Assembly (NCBI GenBank): GCA_963666055.2
Contig: CAXWPH010000015.1
Location: 2,112,001 to 2,176,000 of the forward strand
DNA: 64,000 nucleotides
Direction of reading: 5' to 3'
DNA from: Acidobacteriota bacterium
Lineage (GTDB): Bacteria > Acidobacteriota > UBA890 > WLXD01
The first letter of the stretch is position 1; each line of letters starts with the position of its first letter. The position numbers and the translations under genes are program-made. The notes below the pieces were generated by a model. That model saw nothing but the letters and a program-made list of their open reading frames with translations, was not told the DNA's origin and did not search any database. Shown piece by piece: positions 16,263-27,100 of the stretch.

Positions 16263-16901
16263 CTAACGGGCCCGCCGGGGCACGTAGACCTGACGCCCGG
16301 CCTCCATGGCGTCGATCTGCGCCATGAGATCATCGAAGTCGTCGGGGTCCTGGACGAAGTCGATTTCAGTCGTGTTGATGACCAGCAGCGGCGATTCGTC
16401 ATACTGCAAGTAGTAGCGTGCGTAGGCTTGGTTCACCTGCTGCAGATAGTCGTGCGAGATGTTGCGCTCTTCGGGGCGATTGCGCAGCTCAACTCGTCGC
16501 AGAAGTATTTCGGTCGAGCCTTGTAGATAGACGATCAGATCCGGTTTTGGCACCTGCGGTGCGAGCACGCCGTAGAGCTTCTCGTACAGAAGCAGCTCGC
16601 TGTCGGTGAGCGTGAGATAAGCGAAGACCTGGTCCTTTTGCAGAGTGAAATCGGCCACCGTGAACTTCGCGAACAGGTCGCTCTGCCGAGCTTGGGTCAG
16701 CAGCTGGAATCGCGACAGCAGGAAGTAGAGCTGTGCCTGGAACGCCGCCCCGGTCTTCTCCTGGTAGAAGGACTCCAGAAACGGGTTCTCCGGGTCCTCG
16801 AGGATCTTGGTTGCCCCGAGCCGCTCCACCATCAGGTTGACCAGGCTCGTCTTGCCTACGCCGATGGGGCCGTCGAGGGCCAGGTAATTCTTGCGCATCA
16901 A
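16263..16901 (-). CDS. Deoxynucleoside kinase
   Basis: GPIGVGKTS, FQAQLYFLLSR, PKPDLIVYL. Confidence 0.9.
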   Translation of the reverse strand: MMRKNYLALDGPIGVGKTSLVNLMVERLGATKILEDPENPFLESFYQEKTGAAFQAQLYFLLSRFQLLTQARQSDLFAKFTVADFTLQKDQVFAYLTLTDSELLLYEKLYGVLAPQVPKPDLIVYLQGSTEILLRRVELRNRPEERNISHDYLQQVNQAYARYYLQYDESPLLVINTTEIDFVQDPDDFDDLMAQIDAMEAGRQVYVPRRAR

Positions 16902-17392
16902 GCAGGTGGCGGCGATAGCAACCAGACGCGCTCAGCGGCGTCCAGTCGCAGGAAAAGGTCACCGATGGACGCGCCGTAGGCCGGATGCAGGAGATCCGCC
17001 GCGAGCTCGGCCAGCGGGCGCAGAACGAATCGCCGCGTGTGCATCCTGGGATGTGGGATCTGCAGTCCGGTTTCTTCCACGACGCGAAGATCATAAAGCA
17101 GAACGTCAACGTCGAGTGTTCGCGCCTCGATCGCAGCACTCGATCGCCGCCGCCCGCAGGCCTGCTCGACCTGTAGCGCGGCCTCCAGCAGCGCCCGCGG
17201 TGCCGGTGGATGAAGAACCTCGGCGACACAGTTAACGAACCAGGGAAGCGCCGAGTTCCCGACCGGCTCCGTCAAATAGAACGAAGACACTGAGCCGAGC
17301 TGGAGTCCGGCGTTGCGCAGTCCGTCGAGGCCTTGGCGGAGCCAAGCCGTACGGTTGCCCACATTCGAACCCAGTCCCAGGTAAGCTCTCAT
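16898..17392 (-). CDS. folK: 2-amino-4-hydroxy-6-hydroxymethyldihydropteridine pyrophosphokinase
   Basis: YLGLGSN, RTLDVDVL, IPHPRMH.RRFVL.PL. Confidence 0.95.
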   Translation of the reverse strand: MRAYLGLGSNVGNRTAWLRQGLDGLRNAGLQLGSVSSFYLTEPVGNSALPWFVNCVAEVLHPPAPRALLEAALQVEQACGRRRSSAAIEARTLDVDVLLYDLRVVEETGLQIPHPRMHTRRFVLRPLAELAADLLHPAYGASIGDLFLRLDAAERVWLLSPPPA

Positions 17393-17568
17393 CGTCTCCA
17401 ACAAACGTGCTCGAGGGTGCGCCTGGTTCGCGTGCTCGGTCAGTTGGCCGGCGGAACGCGCACCGCGGCATCGTCTCATGCCGTGCTTGCCTGCTCCGAA
17501 GCCTGCTACCTATACTGCCAGCCGGCATCCTTCCTTCTGCGCACGGTCGCGCGCATCCTGCCGGGTGA

Positions 17569-18873
17569 ATGTCCGATCTCCTCACTCGTATCCAAGATCG
17601 CAGCGCACGTGTCTGCGTCATAGGGCTCGGCTACGTCGGCCTGCCGCTGGCCGTGAACTTTGCCGAGGCCGGCTTCCGGGTAACCGGGCTGGACCTCGAC
17701 AATTCCAAGGTCGAGGCGATCCGACGCGGTGAGTCGTACGTATCCGACATCGCTACAGAGCGCCTGCGCGCTCAGGTCGAGGCTGGACGGGTCGAGGCAA
17801 CCAACGACGCGGGCGTCATCGCCACCGTTGACAGCGTCCACATCTGTGTGCCGACGCCGCTAAGCAAGACCCGCGACCCTGATATCTCGTACGTCGTCGC
17901 AGCGGCCGATCGTGTAGCCGAGGCGATGCACGACGACATGCTCGTGGTGCTCGAGAGCACCACGTACCCGGGTACCACGGAAGAGGTGCTGTTGCCGAGG
18001 CTACAGACCGAGGAACGCCAAGCCGGGCGCGACTACTTCCTCGCCTTCTCCCCCGAGCGCATCGATCCCGGAAACAAGACGTTCACGCTCGAAAACACGC
18101 CCAAGGTCATCGGCGGCATGACGGCTGAATGTACCCGGGTGGCGACGGCGCTCTACGGCAGCATCGTGGGCACGGTGCATCCGGTGTCCTCGCCGCGTGC
18201 CGCTGAGCTTGTGAAGCTGCTCGAGAATACGTTTCGCGCCGTGAACATCGGCTTGGCCAACGAGATGGCGCTGATATGCGACCGGCTTGGCATCGATACG
18301 TGGGAGGTGATCCGCGCTGCCGCCACCAAGCCGTTCGGCTTCATGCCATTTTACCCGGGGCCAGGACTCGGTGGACACTGCATACCGATCGATCCGCATT
18401 ACCTGACCTGCAAGGTACGCACCCTCGACTATCATGCCCGCCTCATCGAGGTGGCCTCCGAGATCAACTCGGGCATGCCGCGCCACGTTGTGCAGAAGGT
18501 TGTCGACGCGCTCAACGACCGCCGCAAGAGCGTCAACGGCTCACGCGTCGTGATGATCGGCGTGGCGTACAAGCGGGACGTTGATGATACGCGCGAATCG
18601 CCCGCCATCGACATCATGCAGTTGCTCGCCGCCAAAGGGGCCGACATCTCGTACCATGATCCGTTCGTGCCGGCGCTCGAAAACGTCGAAGGTCTCGATG
18701 CGCTGCGTTCCATCGGCGGGCTGATCGAAGCCTGTGCCGAGGCGGACTGTGTCGTCGTGGGCACCGACCATAGCGATATCGACTGGGCGGGCGTTGTCGC
18801 TGTGTCGTCGCTTGTGGTGGATACGCGTAACGTCGTCAAGGGGAAAGCGCCGCCGAACCTCGTGCGTTTGTAG
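17569..18873 (+). CDS. Nucleotide-sugar (UDP-GlcNAc-type) 6-dehydrogenase, WbpA/WecC family
   Basis: GLGYVGLP, ICVPTP, ESTTYPG, SPERIDPG, GLGGHCIPIDP, D.RESP. Confidence 0.92.
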   Translation: MSDLLTRIQDRSARVCVIGLGYVGLPLAVNFAEAGFRVTGLDLDNSKVEAIRRGESYVSDIATERLRAQVEAGRVEATNDAGVIATVDSVHICVPTPLSKTRDPDISYVVAAADRVAEAMHDDMLVVLESTTYPGTTEEVLLPRLQTEERQAGRDYFLAFSPERIDPGNKTFTLENTPKVIGGMTAECTRVATALYGSIVGTVHPVSSPRAAELVKLLENTFRAVNIGLANEMALICDRLGIDTWEVIRAAATKPFGFMPFYPGPGLGGHCIPIDPHYLTCKVRTLDYHARLIEVASEINSGMPRHVVQKVVDALNDRRKSVNGSRVVMIGVAYKRDVDDTRESPAIDIMQLLAAKGADISYHDPFVPALENVEGLDALRSIGGLIEACAEADCVVVGTDHSDIDWAGVVAVSSLVVDTRNVVKGKAPPNLVRL

Positions 18874-18877
18874 GCTC

Positions 18878-19339
18878 ATGGCCGAGGACTTGAAGGTCGT
18901 CGCGAACAATCGTCGGGCGCGCAAGAACTACGAGATCCTCGATACGTATGAAGCCGGCGTGGTCCTGCTCGGCTCCGAGGTGAAGTCGCTGCGTCTCGGA
19001 AACGCCAGCCTCAAGGATGCCTACGCCTCGATCAGAGACGGCGAGGTCTGGCTACACAACCTCCACATTGGTCCCTATCCCGCAGCCGGCAAGCACAATC
19101 AGCACGACCCGGAGCGCGTCCGCAAGCTCTTGCTGAAGCGGCGTGAGATCGATCGTGTGTTCGGTCGCCAGATCGAAAAGGGCTTGACCCTCGTACCTCT
19201 ACGCATCTACTTCCGCAACGGCCGCGCCAAGATAGAGATCGCGGTGGCGCGGGGCAAGAAGAACTACGACAAGCGCGACATCCTGAAGCGCGAGGCGGTG
19301 GAGCGGGATGTGGAGCAGGCTCTGCGACGCCGGAGGTAA
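18878..19339 (+). CDS. smpB: SsrA-binding protein
   Basis: NRRARKNYEI..EAG..L.GSEVKSLR, R.RKLLL, GKK.YDKR. Confidence 0.97.
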   Translation: MAEDLKVVANNRRARKNYEILDTYEAGVVLLGSEVKSLRLGNASLKDAYASIRDGEVWLHNLHIGPYPAAGKHNQHDPERVRKLLLKRREIDRVFGRQIEKGLTLVPLRIYFRNGRAKIEIAVARGKKNYDKRDILKREAVERDVEQALRRRR

Positions 19340-19421
19340 CTGCGCCGCACCCTCGGCTCGCGAATCGCCGTGCGAGAGACGCGAGCAATAACGAGCATCA
19401 ACTACATGCGGTGACGTTGCC

Positions 19422-20426
19422 CTAAGAGGATGAGTGTGTGCTCCGGCCCCCGCCGATCGCCAATTCGGCCGCCAGCTCCATCGCCGCTAGCATCGGTCGA
19501 TGGTCGGCTTTGCCAGACGACGCAAGGTCGTACGCCGTGCCGTGATCCGGCGAGGTGCGGATGTATGGCAGGCCCAGCGTCAGGTTCACCGTGGGCCCGG
19601 GGGCGCGCTTCGCCAGGATGGTTCCTTGGTCATGGTAAAGCGCGAGTATCACGTCGAGCTCGGAGCGGAGAAAGATGGAGTCGGCGGCGTAGGGGCCTCG
19701 AGCTTCGATGCCGTCGGCACGAGTGGCAGCGATGGCCGGATACAGAATGCGGGCTTCCTCGGTGCCCAGCCGGCCCTGCTCGCCGGCGTGCGGATTGAGC
19801 GCTGCGACGCCGATCGTCGGCGGCTTTCCGAAGCACGATGACCAGCGCTCGTGCAATCTACGGAGCATCGCATCAACGGAGTCGGTTCGAATAAGGGAGA
19901 TGGCTGCCGCGGTGGGCAGGTGGGTGGTGAGCAGCGCGATATGCGGACGGGGCCCGGCGAAGAGCATGATCGGTGTGTCCACGCCGGCGCGCTCAGCGAG
20001 ATACTCGGTATGGCCTCGGAAGCGCGGCTCGACGGTAGCGATGAGGTCTTTGTTGACCGGGCCGGTGACCAGGGCATCAACCTCGCCGCTGCGTGCCAGG
20101 CGCTCGCCCTGGTTGATGCTGTCGAGTGCCGCGGGGCCCTGCGTTCGCTGAGGGTGCCCGGGGCGGAAGCCCTCCGCGGCGACGGTGCAGGGGAGCATCC
20201 AAGGACCGCGATCGCCGGTGCTGCGGGCGCGCTGCGCGGCGTCGATCCCGTCGATCACGCGGAAGCTGTCAGGGTCCAGTCCGGCGCACTCGGCGTGCTT
20301 GGCGAATACGGCAGCATCACCAATAAGGAGGCAGTCGGCGGCCTTGAGCTCGGCGGCCGCGCGGAGCAGGATCTGGGGGCCGATCCCGGCAGGATCGCCC
20401 ATGCTGCAGCCCAGCAGGGGCTTCAT
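19422..20426 (-). CDS. pdxA: 4-hydroxythreonine-4-phosphate dehydrogenase
   Basis: MGDPAGIGP, GHTEYL, LNPHAGE, YHDQG, RTSPDHGTA. Confidence 0.93.
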   Translation of the reverse strand: MKPLLGCSMGDPAGIGPQILLRAAAELKAADCLLIGDAAVFAKHAECAGLDPDSFRVIDGIDAAQRARSTGDRGPWMLPCTVAAEGFRPGHPQRTQGPAALDSINQGERLARSGEVDALVTGPVNKDLIATVEPRFRGHTEYLAERAGVDTPIMLFAGPRPHIALLTTHLPTAAAISLIRTDSVDAMLRRLHERWSSCFGKPPTIGVAALNPHAGEQGRLGTEEARILYPAIAATRADGIEARGPYAADSIFLRSELDVILALYHDQGTILAKRAPGPTVNLTLGLPYIRTSPDHGTAYDLASSGKADHRPMLAAMELAAELAIGGGRSTHSSS

Positions 20427-21604
20427 GAGACCGACACGTGACGGTCACCGAGTCGCTCGCCGACTGCGATCAGCGTGTGTTCGAGTGACAGCTTTACGTT
20501 GGGTTGAATACCCGTGGTCAACCGATCGATGCCGTCGTTGAGCGACTCGAGCGCTCGCGCCACCGCGTCGGGGTCCAGGTCTTGCGCCCAGGCGTTCCAG
20601 ACCTCGAATCGATCGGCGTTCACCAGACTCGAGCGGTCGCCTCCAGCAGATACCACGAGGAGGTCGCGGAGGATGTCACGACCAACCACCAACGTGCTGG
20701 CCGCCCGCTGTGTCGCCGTCTCGCCGGTACCGATTGATGACAAGCTCTCGGCTGCGGCAACCACGCCGGCGCCGCCAAGCTGCGCCAATCGCAGCGCCTC
20801 GACCACCGTCTCGAGCAGGTCTCCGTAGCCGTCCAGATCGATGCACAGGGCGCGTCCGATGCTTCCCGGGGCGAGGGCCGCCCGTAACCTCGCCTCGTCG
20901 GGGTCGAGCCCGCGCCTGTCAGCCAAGTAGGCGCGCACCAGGGGCTGTGGCAGAGGCGAGAAGCGCAGCGACGGGCACCGCGACCGAACGGTTGCCAACA
21001 AGCTTCCTGGCGCCGGCGTAACCAGCACGATCGACGAAGAGGCCGGCGGCTCCTCGAGTGTCTTGAGGAACGCATTCTGGGCCTCGGTAGTGAGCGTGTG
21101 GGCTTCATCCACCACTACCAGACGGTGGTACCCTTCGTACGGACGATAGCCCGTTGCAGCCACGGCGCGACGCACCGCCTTGATCCCGATCGTACGAGGC
21201 GCTGGCGCCATCCACAGTACGTCGGGATGCAGACCGCGCTCGACCTTCCGGCACGATACGCACTGTCCGCAGGCATCACCCGGCCCCTGCTCGGGACAAT
21301 TGAGCGCCTGCGCTACGACGCCCGCGCAGGTCGCCTTGCCTACCCCGGGGGGACCGACGAAGAGCAGCGCGTGTGGTAGCCGCGCACCGCTAAGAGCTCG
21401 CCGGAGGGCGCCGACCACAGCCTCCTGACCGACGATGGCATCGAAGCCGTGGCCGTAGGTGCTCGGCGGTGGAGTGGTCAGCGAGAGTGGCGCCTTAACG
21501 GCGGAACGTGCGGTCACGGTACATCCGGCTGATGATGGCGCGCGGGCGGAGGCTCCAGGATTGTATCCGCGGCTCACCTCGCACTCTCGCAGGATGGGAA
21601 CCAC
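20423..21604 (-). CDS. holB: DNA polymerase III delta' subunit (start uncertain)
   Basis: HALLF.GP.GVGK, C..C.SC..HPD, AQNAFLKTLEEPP, TVRSRC. Confidence 0.88.
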   Translation of the reverse strand: MVPILRECEVSRGYNPGASARAPSSAGCTVTARSAVKAPLSLTTPPPSTYGHGFDAIVGQEAVVGALRRALSGARLPHALLFVGPPGVGKATCAGVVAQALNCPEQGPGDACGQCVSCRKVERGLHPDVLWMAPAPRTIGIKAVRRAVAATGYRPYEGYHRLVVVDEAHTLTTEAQNAFLKTLEEPPASSSIVLVTPAPGSLLATVRSRCPSLRFSPLPQPLVRAYLADRRGLDPDEARLRAALAPGSIGRALCIDLDGYGDLLETVVEALRLAQLGGAGVVAAAESLSSIGTGETATQRAASTLVVGRDILRDLLVVSAGGDRSSLVNADRFEVWNAWAQDLDPDAVARALESLNDGIDRLTTGIQPNVKLSLEHTLIAVGERLGDRHVSVS

Positions 21605-21618
21605 CGTACAATGCTCGT

Positions 21619-23487
21619 CTACTGATCATCGCCCAGCGGTAGCGCCATCCCTGCGAGAAGCGCTTTGAAGCGGGTCTTGTCGCGTAGCTGACGCAGGTAG
21701 GGATCCTCCAGAATCGCGGCAAGGCGCAACGATCGTCGTTCGGCAGCTAGCTCCAGCAACGTCAGCGCCGCGTCGGTCTCGCCCAACCCGAGGCGGATCG
21801 TCGCTGCGGCGAGGGCAGTGACCGTCTCGTCGCCAGCTCCCCACAACTCATCCATCACCCCCAGAGCGCGCTCCGGCTGAGCCGCTCTTGCGTAGGCGTA
21901 CCCCAGCGCCCCCAGATCGAGATCGTGTCCGGGAGCTGCCGCGGCTCGCCGGCAGGCGCTGAGCGCGTCCTCGTATCGCTCCTGCAGGTTCTGGATAGAA
22001 CAGAGGACCGTGTAAACCTGGCCGCTGTCATCGTCCAGCTCCAGCGCGCGTCCGACGAACTCGAGCGCCGCGTCGTACTCCCCCGACAGTACCAGGCTCC
22101 ACGCATGGCTCAGTAGCAGCGGGATTGTCGCGTTGTCGCTGTCGACCGCGCGTCCGGACAGCTCGAGGGCCTCCCCGATCCGGTCTAACCGGCGGAGGTA
22201 TCGACCGTAACGCTCGAGCACGACTGGCGAGCGAGGGTCGAGCTGTAGCGCGGTAAGGAATTGTCGCTCCGCCTCTGGCCAGTCCTGGTTCAGCTCCGCC
22301 GCAACTGCCGCCAACACTGCGTGCGCTGACGCGATCCGTGGATTTCGGTCGAGCGCCGCGTATGCGGCGGCGCGTGCCTCCGCGTACGCCGTGGCCGGGT
22401 CGGACCAGTTGTTCCAACCCAGCATCGCTTGGACCTCGGCGAGCTCCGCCCAGGCCTCCGCGTACTCGGGGTCGATCGATAGGGCCTGGCGAAACTCCTG
22501 CAGGCTGCGGATGGCGTCCACCGGCGTTGCGCGTGCGGCGAGCCGGCGACCACGGTCCAGGGCTTGGCGTGCCTCGGCAACTTCCACCGTGGGGCGTTCC
22601 GGAGCGCCGGCGCGCAGGGTGAGTGCCAAGGTGATCTCTCGTGTCGCCTGGATGGCGATCTCCTGCTCGATCTCGAGAAGATCGCCGCGCGCCTCCTGGT
22701 AGGTCCCGGCCCATACGATCTCGTCAGTGCTGCCGTGCGCGAGCTCCAGGCTCACCAAGATGCGACCGCTCGATTGTTGCACCGTGCCGTCGATGATCGC
22801 ATCGACACGCAGCGATGACGCGATCGAGCGCAACGGCGCGTCGGCGTCGCGTGCCTGACGCGCCGCCAGGCCCGACACGACGCGCAGCATCCGTACGGTG
22901 GCAAGCTGTGTGATCAGCTGGTTCGTGAGTCCCTCCGCAAAGAATCGTTGCTCGGGGTCATCCGAGAGCGCTCGTAACGGCAACACGGCGAGCGTTTCGA
23001 TGTTTCCCGGCGCTCTCGACGGCGGCCGAGCCGCCCACCAAGCGGCGAACAGCGCCGCTGCGATCGTGCCGGCCAGCAACACTTGCCGCGACCGACTACT
23101 GCGTAGCGGTGGTGCGACCGCCTTGCGGGCAGGTTCGCGCCCGGGCACCGCCCGCACACCCGCCAGGAGCCGGTACCCGCGCTTGGGCAATGTCTCGATG
23201 TATTGCGGCGCCCGCGCGTCGTCGCCGAGAGCCCGGCGCAGCTCCGAGATACAGCGGCTCAGCGCCGCTTCGCCGACGATGCTGTCAGGCCATACGGCGT
23301 CGATCAGCTCGTTCTTGGAGAGCACTTCTCCAGGACGGCCGGCGAGCTGCAGGAGCACCTCCATGACCTTGGGCTCCAGTCGCACGTTCGCCTGGCCGCG
23401 GGTGACGGTGCCGGAAGACGGATCGACCGACCAATCCCCCAACCGAAATGGGTCGGCGGGCGGGCGTGGCTCCTGGCCGTGGGTCAT
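21619..23487 (-). CDS. CadC-like winged-helix / TolB-N / TPR transcriptional regulator
   Basis: LEPKVM..L, LRRALGDD...YIETLPKRGYRL; TM segment; LAVLPL; TPR repeats. Confidence 0.85.
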   Translation of the reverse strand: MTHGQEPRPPADPFRLGDWSVDPSSGTVTRGQANVRLEPKVMEVLLQLAGRPGEVLSKNELIDAVWPDSIVGEAALSRCISELRRALGDDARAPQYIETLPKRGYRLLAGVRAVPGREPARKAVAPPLRSSRSRQVLLAGTIAAALFAAWWAARPPSRAPGNIETLAVLPLRALSDDPEQRFFAEGLTNQLITQLATVRMLRVVSGLAARQARDADAPLRSIASSLRVDAIIDGTVQQSSGRILVSLELAHGSTDEIVWAGTYQEARGDLLEIEQEIAIQATREITLALTLRAGAPERPTVEVAEARQALDRGRRLAARATPVDAIRSLQEFRQALSIDPEYAEAWAELAEVQAMLGWNNWSDPATAYAEARAAAYAALDRNPRIASAHAVLAAVAAELNQDWPEAERQFLTALQLDPRSPVVLERYGRYLRRLDRIGEALELSGRAVDSDNATIPLLLSHAWSLVLSGEYDAALEFVGRALELDDDSGQVYTVLCSIQNLQERYEDALSACRRAAAAPGHDLDLGALGYAYARAAQPERALGVMDELWGAGDETVTALAAATIRLGLGETDAALTLLELAAERRSLRLAAILEDPYLRQLRDKTRFKALLAGMALPLGDDQ

Positions 23488-23521
23488 TGCGTTGACCGGT
23501 TCGGCGGGACGGGCACCTCGT

Positions 23522-24055
23522 TCATTCGATGATCGCCAAGACGGCACCGCGCTCCACGCCCGCCCCTTCTTGGACGGTCACGTCGACCACGGTGCCGTCG
23601 CGCGGCGCCTTGAGCTCGTTCTCCATCTTCATAGCTTCGAGAACGATGATGCCATCGCCACGCTTTACGGCGGTGCCGGGCGCAGCGAGCACCTTGATCA
23701 CACGCCCCGGGATCGGCGCCGTTACGGAGACCGTGCCGTCCGGGGCGGCGTCCGTCGGGGCGTTGCGGTGCCGGCGGGCGTCCGAGGCCCGCGCGCGTAC
23801 CACATCGCCTAGCAGGTGCAGCTCCAGCAACTCGGGATCTTCCTCGGCCTCGTCGACATGCACATCATATGAGTGGCCGTCGACGATCAGGGAGTAGTTG
23901 CCCGGCTCGGGCATCCGCCAATCGATGTGAACGACAGAAGCGTTGTCGTCGGAGTCCGCGACGGAAAGCCGCCACATGCGGATGGTGCCGCGGTCCCGCC
24001 GTACGCGGTACCGACGCACCCGGTCTTCACCTTCGATGTCGACCTCGATGATCAT
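23522..24055 (-). CDS. Biotin carboxyl carrier protein
   Basis: APIPG.V, EAMKMENE biotinylation motif. Confidence 0.9.
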   Translation of the reverse strand: MIIEVDIEGEDRVRRYRVRRDRGTIRMWRLSVADSDDNASVVHIDWRMPEPGNYSLIVDGHSYDVHVDEAEEDPELLELHLLGDVVRARASDARRHRNAPTDAAPDGTVSVTAPIPGRVIKVLAAPGTAVKRGDGIIVLEAMKMENELKAPRDGTVVDVTVQEGAGVERGAVLAIIE

Positions 24056-25578
24056 CGGGGGAATCCTCGTAAGCCTCGTTCTCGCCCCGCTACCTTCCAA
24101 GCTGACGATCCGCCGTCGCGGATCTGGAAAGCGCCAACCTCCTGGCGTCGAAAGGCGTGCAGCGCAGCGCTGATCGCGGCAATGTCGGTAAGCTCCGCAT
24201 GGCGCTGATGACGCGATCCGAGGGGGCTCGAATCGCCGAGGAGGGCGTCGAGGTAGCCAGTGTCGAAGTTCCCCTCGACGAATGCTGGCTCCTGCATGAT
24301 GTGTTGAAAAAGCGGGATCGTCGTCGAGATGCCGACGACCTTGTACTCCTGCAACGCGCGTCGCATGCGGCTCAGCGCGGCCGGTCGATCCGCGCCCCAG
24401 GCGATCAGCTTGGAGATCATCGGATCGTAGAAGATCGGTACCTCGTAGCCCTCGTATAAGCCAGAGTCGTCGCGCACTCCAGGACCGCTGGGAGCGCGGA
24501 GTCCCTCGATGCGCCCCGGTGAGGGGGCGAAGTTGTTGGACGGATCCTCGGCGTAGATTCGGCACTCTATGGCGTGGCCCCGCACGCGCACGTCGTGCTG
24601 CTCCCAGGGGAGCTGCTCGCCCCGGGCGATGGTGATCTGGGCGACGACGATGTCGATGCCGGTGACCATCTCGGTGACGGCATGCTCGACCTGAAGCCGC
24701 GCGTTGAGCTCGATGAAGTAGAAACTGCCATCGGTATCAAGCAGAAATTCGACCGTACCGGCGTTGGTGTAGTCGACCCTGGCGGCGATCGCCAACGCTG
24801 CCCTCCCCATCCGGTCGCGTAGGTCGTCGTCGAGTGCCGGCGATGGAGCTTCTTCAACGACCTTTTGGTGTCGGCGTTGTAGCGAGCACTCGCGCTCACC
24901 GAGATGGATACGATTACCGTGCTCGTCGCACAGCAGCTGGATCTCGACGTGGCGTGGCTGAAGTATCATTTTCTCGACGTATACTCGCCCGTCGGCGAAC
25001 GCGGAAGTCGCCTCGCTGGTAGCGGCGAGGAAGGCCGATCCCATCTCGTCGGGGCACGCTACCTGGCGCATGCCTTTGCCGCCGCCGCCGGCGACCGCCT
25101 TCAACAACACCGGGTAGCCGAGCTGCTCGGCAACAGCGAGCGCCGCGTCGGTGGTTTCGAGGGGTCCAAGGCTGCCCGGTACCGTCGGTGCGCCGACTTC
25201 GCGGGCGATCTCGCGTGCGCGGTTCTTATCGCCTACCGCCGCCATGACCTCGGGTCGGGGGCCAATGAAAGTCAAGCCGGCATCACCGACGGCGCGCGCG
25301 AAGTCGGGATTTTCAGCTAGGAAACCATAACCCGGGTGCACCGCATCGGCGTGCGCCTCGATGGCGATCGCAATCAACCGATCGATGCGCAGATAAGACT
25401 CGGACGCCGCCGCGGGCCCCAGCCGATAGGCGCGGTTCGCTAGGCGAACATGCAACGCCTCGCGGTCGGCGTCCGAGTAAACCGCTACTGCTTCTATGCC
25501 GAGATCGCGGCAGGCACGGATGATGCGCACTGCGATCTCGCCTCGGTTCGCAACGAGGATACGCCGGATCTCCTTCAT
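24052..25578 (-). CDS. accC: Acetyl/propionyl-CoA carboxylase, biotin carboxylase subunit
   Basis: ILVANRGEIA, HPGYGFLAEN, GGGGKGMR, ECSLQRRHQK, RLQVEH. Confidence 0.9.
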   Translation of the reverse strand: MKEIRRILVANRGEIAVRIIRACRDLGIEAVAVYSDADREALHVRLANRAYRLGPAAASESYLRIDRLIAIAIEAHADAVHPGYGFLAENPDFARAVGDAGLTFIGPRPEVMAAVGDKNRAREIAREVGAPTVPGSLGPLETTDAALAVAEQLGYPVLLKAVAGGGGKGMRQVACPDEMGSAFLAATSEATSAFADGRVYVEKMILQPRHVEIQLLCDEHGNRIHLGERECSLQRRHQKVVEEAPSPALDDDLRDRMGRAALAIAARVDYTNAGTVEFLLDTDGSFYFIELNARLQVEHAVTEMVTGIDIVVAQITIARGEQLPWEQHDVRVRGHAIECRIYAEDPSNNFAPSPGRIEGLRAPSGPGVRDDSGLYEGYEVPIFYDPMISKLIAWGADRPAALSRMRRALQEYKVVGISTTIPLFQHIMQEPAFVEGNFDTGYLDALLGDSSPLGSRHQRHAELTDIAAISAALHAFRRQEVGAFQIRDGGSSAWKVAGRERGLRGFPR

Positions 25579-25711
25579 GCGCGAAAGGTATCGTTCGCGT
25601 CCGTCGTCTGCCAACGTGACCGTCGGCCACGGGGTGTCAGCCTGGCTGGGCCTGGCGGAGCGGCGAGGCCGCATCGCCGTGATGCTCGAGGGACGACAGC
25701 TCGGTCTGAAC

Positions 25712-27100
25712 CTAGCTGCCCCGGGCGGCGGTGGTCACCCAAGCGTCGACCTGGTCGTCGAGCGATTGCAGCAGAATAGCGCCGTAGGCCAGCACCGCAT
25801 CGTGAAATGCCGCAAGATCGAAGCTCGCTCCGAGCGCCTTCTCGGCGCGATCCCGAAGTTCGCGGAACTTCAGCTCGCCCACCTTGTAGGCGACTGCCTG
25901 GCCAGGGTTTTCCTGGTAGCGGCGCACTTCGATGCGAATCTGGTCGTCGGGTAACGCGGTGTGCTTGCGGAACAGCTCCTCGCCTCGACGACGATTCCAA
26001 TCGAAGGCGTGCAGCCCGGTGTCCACCACCAGCCGAATGGCACGCCACATTTCCAGGTTCAGGCGGCCGAACTCGGTCATCGGGTGGCGATAGATACCGA
26101 GGTCCGCTCCGAGGCTCTCGGCGTACAGCCCCCAACCTTCGACGAACGCAGTCATCGCGAAGCGACTGCGCCAGCTAGAGTCCTCGGTGTGAGCGGTGGC
26201 CCACGACGCCTGCAGGTGATGGCCGGGCATGGCCTCGTGCAACAACAACGCTTCGAGCATGAAAAGCGGTACCTGGCGAGGATCTGAGTTCAGCAGAACG
26301 TAGCCGACGGCCCGCCCCCGGATTCCTTCCTTGCCTTGGCGATACTGGGCCATGAACCCGCTCTCTCCTCTGCGCAGCAGCTCGATGCTGTAGGGGATAG
26401 TCGGAGTGCCGTTGAATGCCGAGCCCAGTCGGCGGTCTATGCGAGCGGCGATCGTCCTGGCGATTGACCTGAGCTCTTCGCGCGAGCCGGCGAAGAGGCG
26501 GCTGTCGGTTCTGGCTGCCTCGAGAAACGCGTCGAGATCGGCGTCAGGATTCTGTGCATGAACGAGATCCAGCATTGCCTGGCGGATTCGCTCGATCTCT
26601 CGCAGCCCGAGCTCGTGCAGCTCATCGGGGTCGCGCTCTTGTCCGGTGTGGCGCAGGAGGTGCGCCGCGTAGCCGAGCTGGTCAAACCCGTTGGAGTCGA
26701 GTTCGAGGTACCGTGCCACGGCGAGCTGCGACCGCCACTCCAGCACATCCAGGTCGATCCTGCCTGATGGGCTCAGCTCGTCTCGCTGGACTGCCCGCGT
26801 GCGGCCAAGCAGATCAACATACAGCGCCCCCACGCGGGCGAGGTTCACCTGACATCGTTGTGAGTGCAGGTCGCGACAGCCCAGGTCGGCGCGTCGTTGC
26901 GGAGCTTCGGAGAGCTCCTTGAAGGTGCTGACCAGTGCGGCGAGCTCGAGTTGCGCCGCCTCCGCCTGCGCCCGCGCCGCTGTGGGTGCGGCTGACGCCA
27001 TGTCCTCAGCGCTGAGTCGCGCTTGCGGGGTCAGCACCGTCACGGTCAGGATCGCCGCGACCGATGTCCGAGTAGCAGCGCTCCGTGCCTGCCACTGCAT
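25712..27100 (-). CDS. DUF885 family protein (secreted metallopeptidase-like; appears shortened)
   Basis: HEAMPGHHLQ, EGWGLYAE, RLVVDTGLH, PGQA.AYK.G, FHD.VL..G. Confidence 0.85.
   Translation of the reverse strand: MQWQARSAATRTSVAAILTVTVLTPQARLSAEDMASAAPTAARAQAEAAQLELAALVSTFKELSEAPQRRADLGCRDLHSQRCQVNLARVGALYVDLLGRTRAVQRDELSPSGRIDLDVLEWRSQLAVARYLELDSNGFDQLGYAAHLLRHTGQERDPDELHELGLREIERIRQAMLDLVHAQNPDADLDAFLEAARTDSRLFAGSREELRSIARTIAARIDRRLGSAFNGTPTIPYSIELLRRGESGFMAQYRQGKEGIRGRAVGYVLLNSDPRQVPLFMLEALLLHEAMPGHHLQASWATAHTEDSSWRSRFAMTAFVEGWGLYAESLGADLGIYRHPMTEFGRLNLEMWRAIRLVVDTGLHAFDWNRRRGEELFRKHTALPDDQIRIEVRRYQENPGQAVAYKVGELKFRELRDRAEKALGASFDLAAFHDAVLAYGAILLQSLDDQVDAWVTTAARGS

Noticed and set aside
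19340-19421. tmRNA (ssrA) next to smpB
   Set aside because: The gap is too short and has no tRNA-like ends
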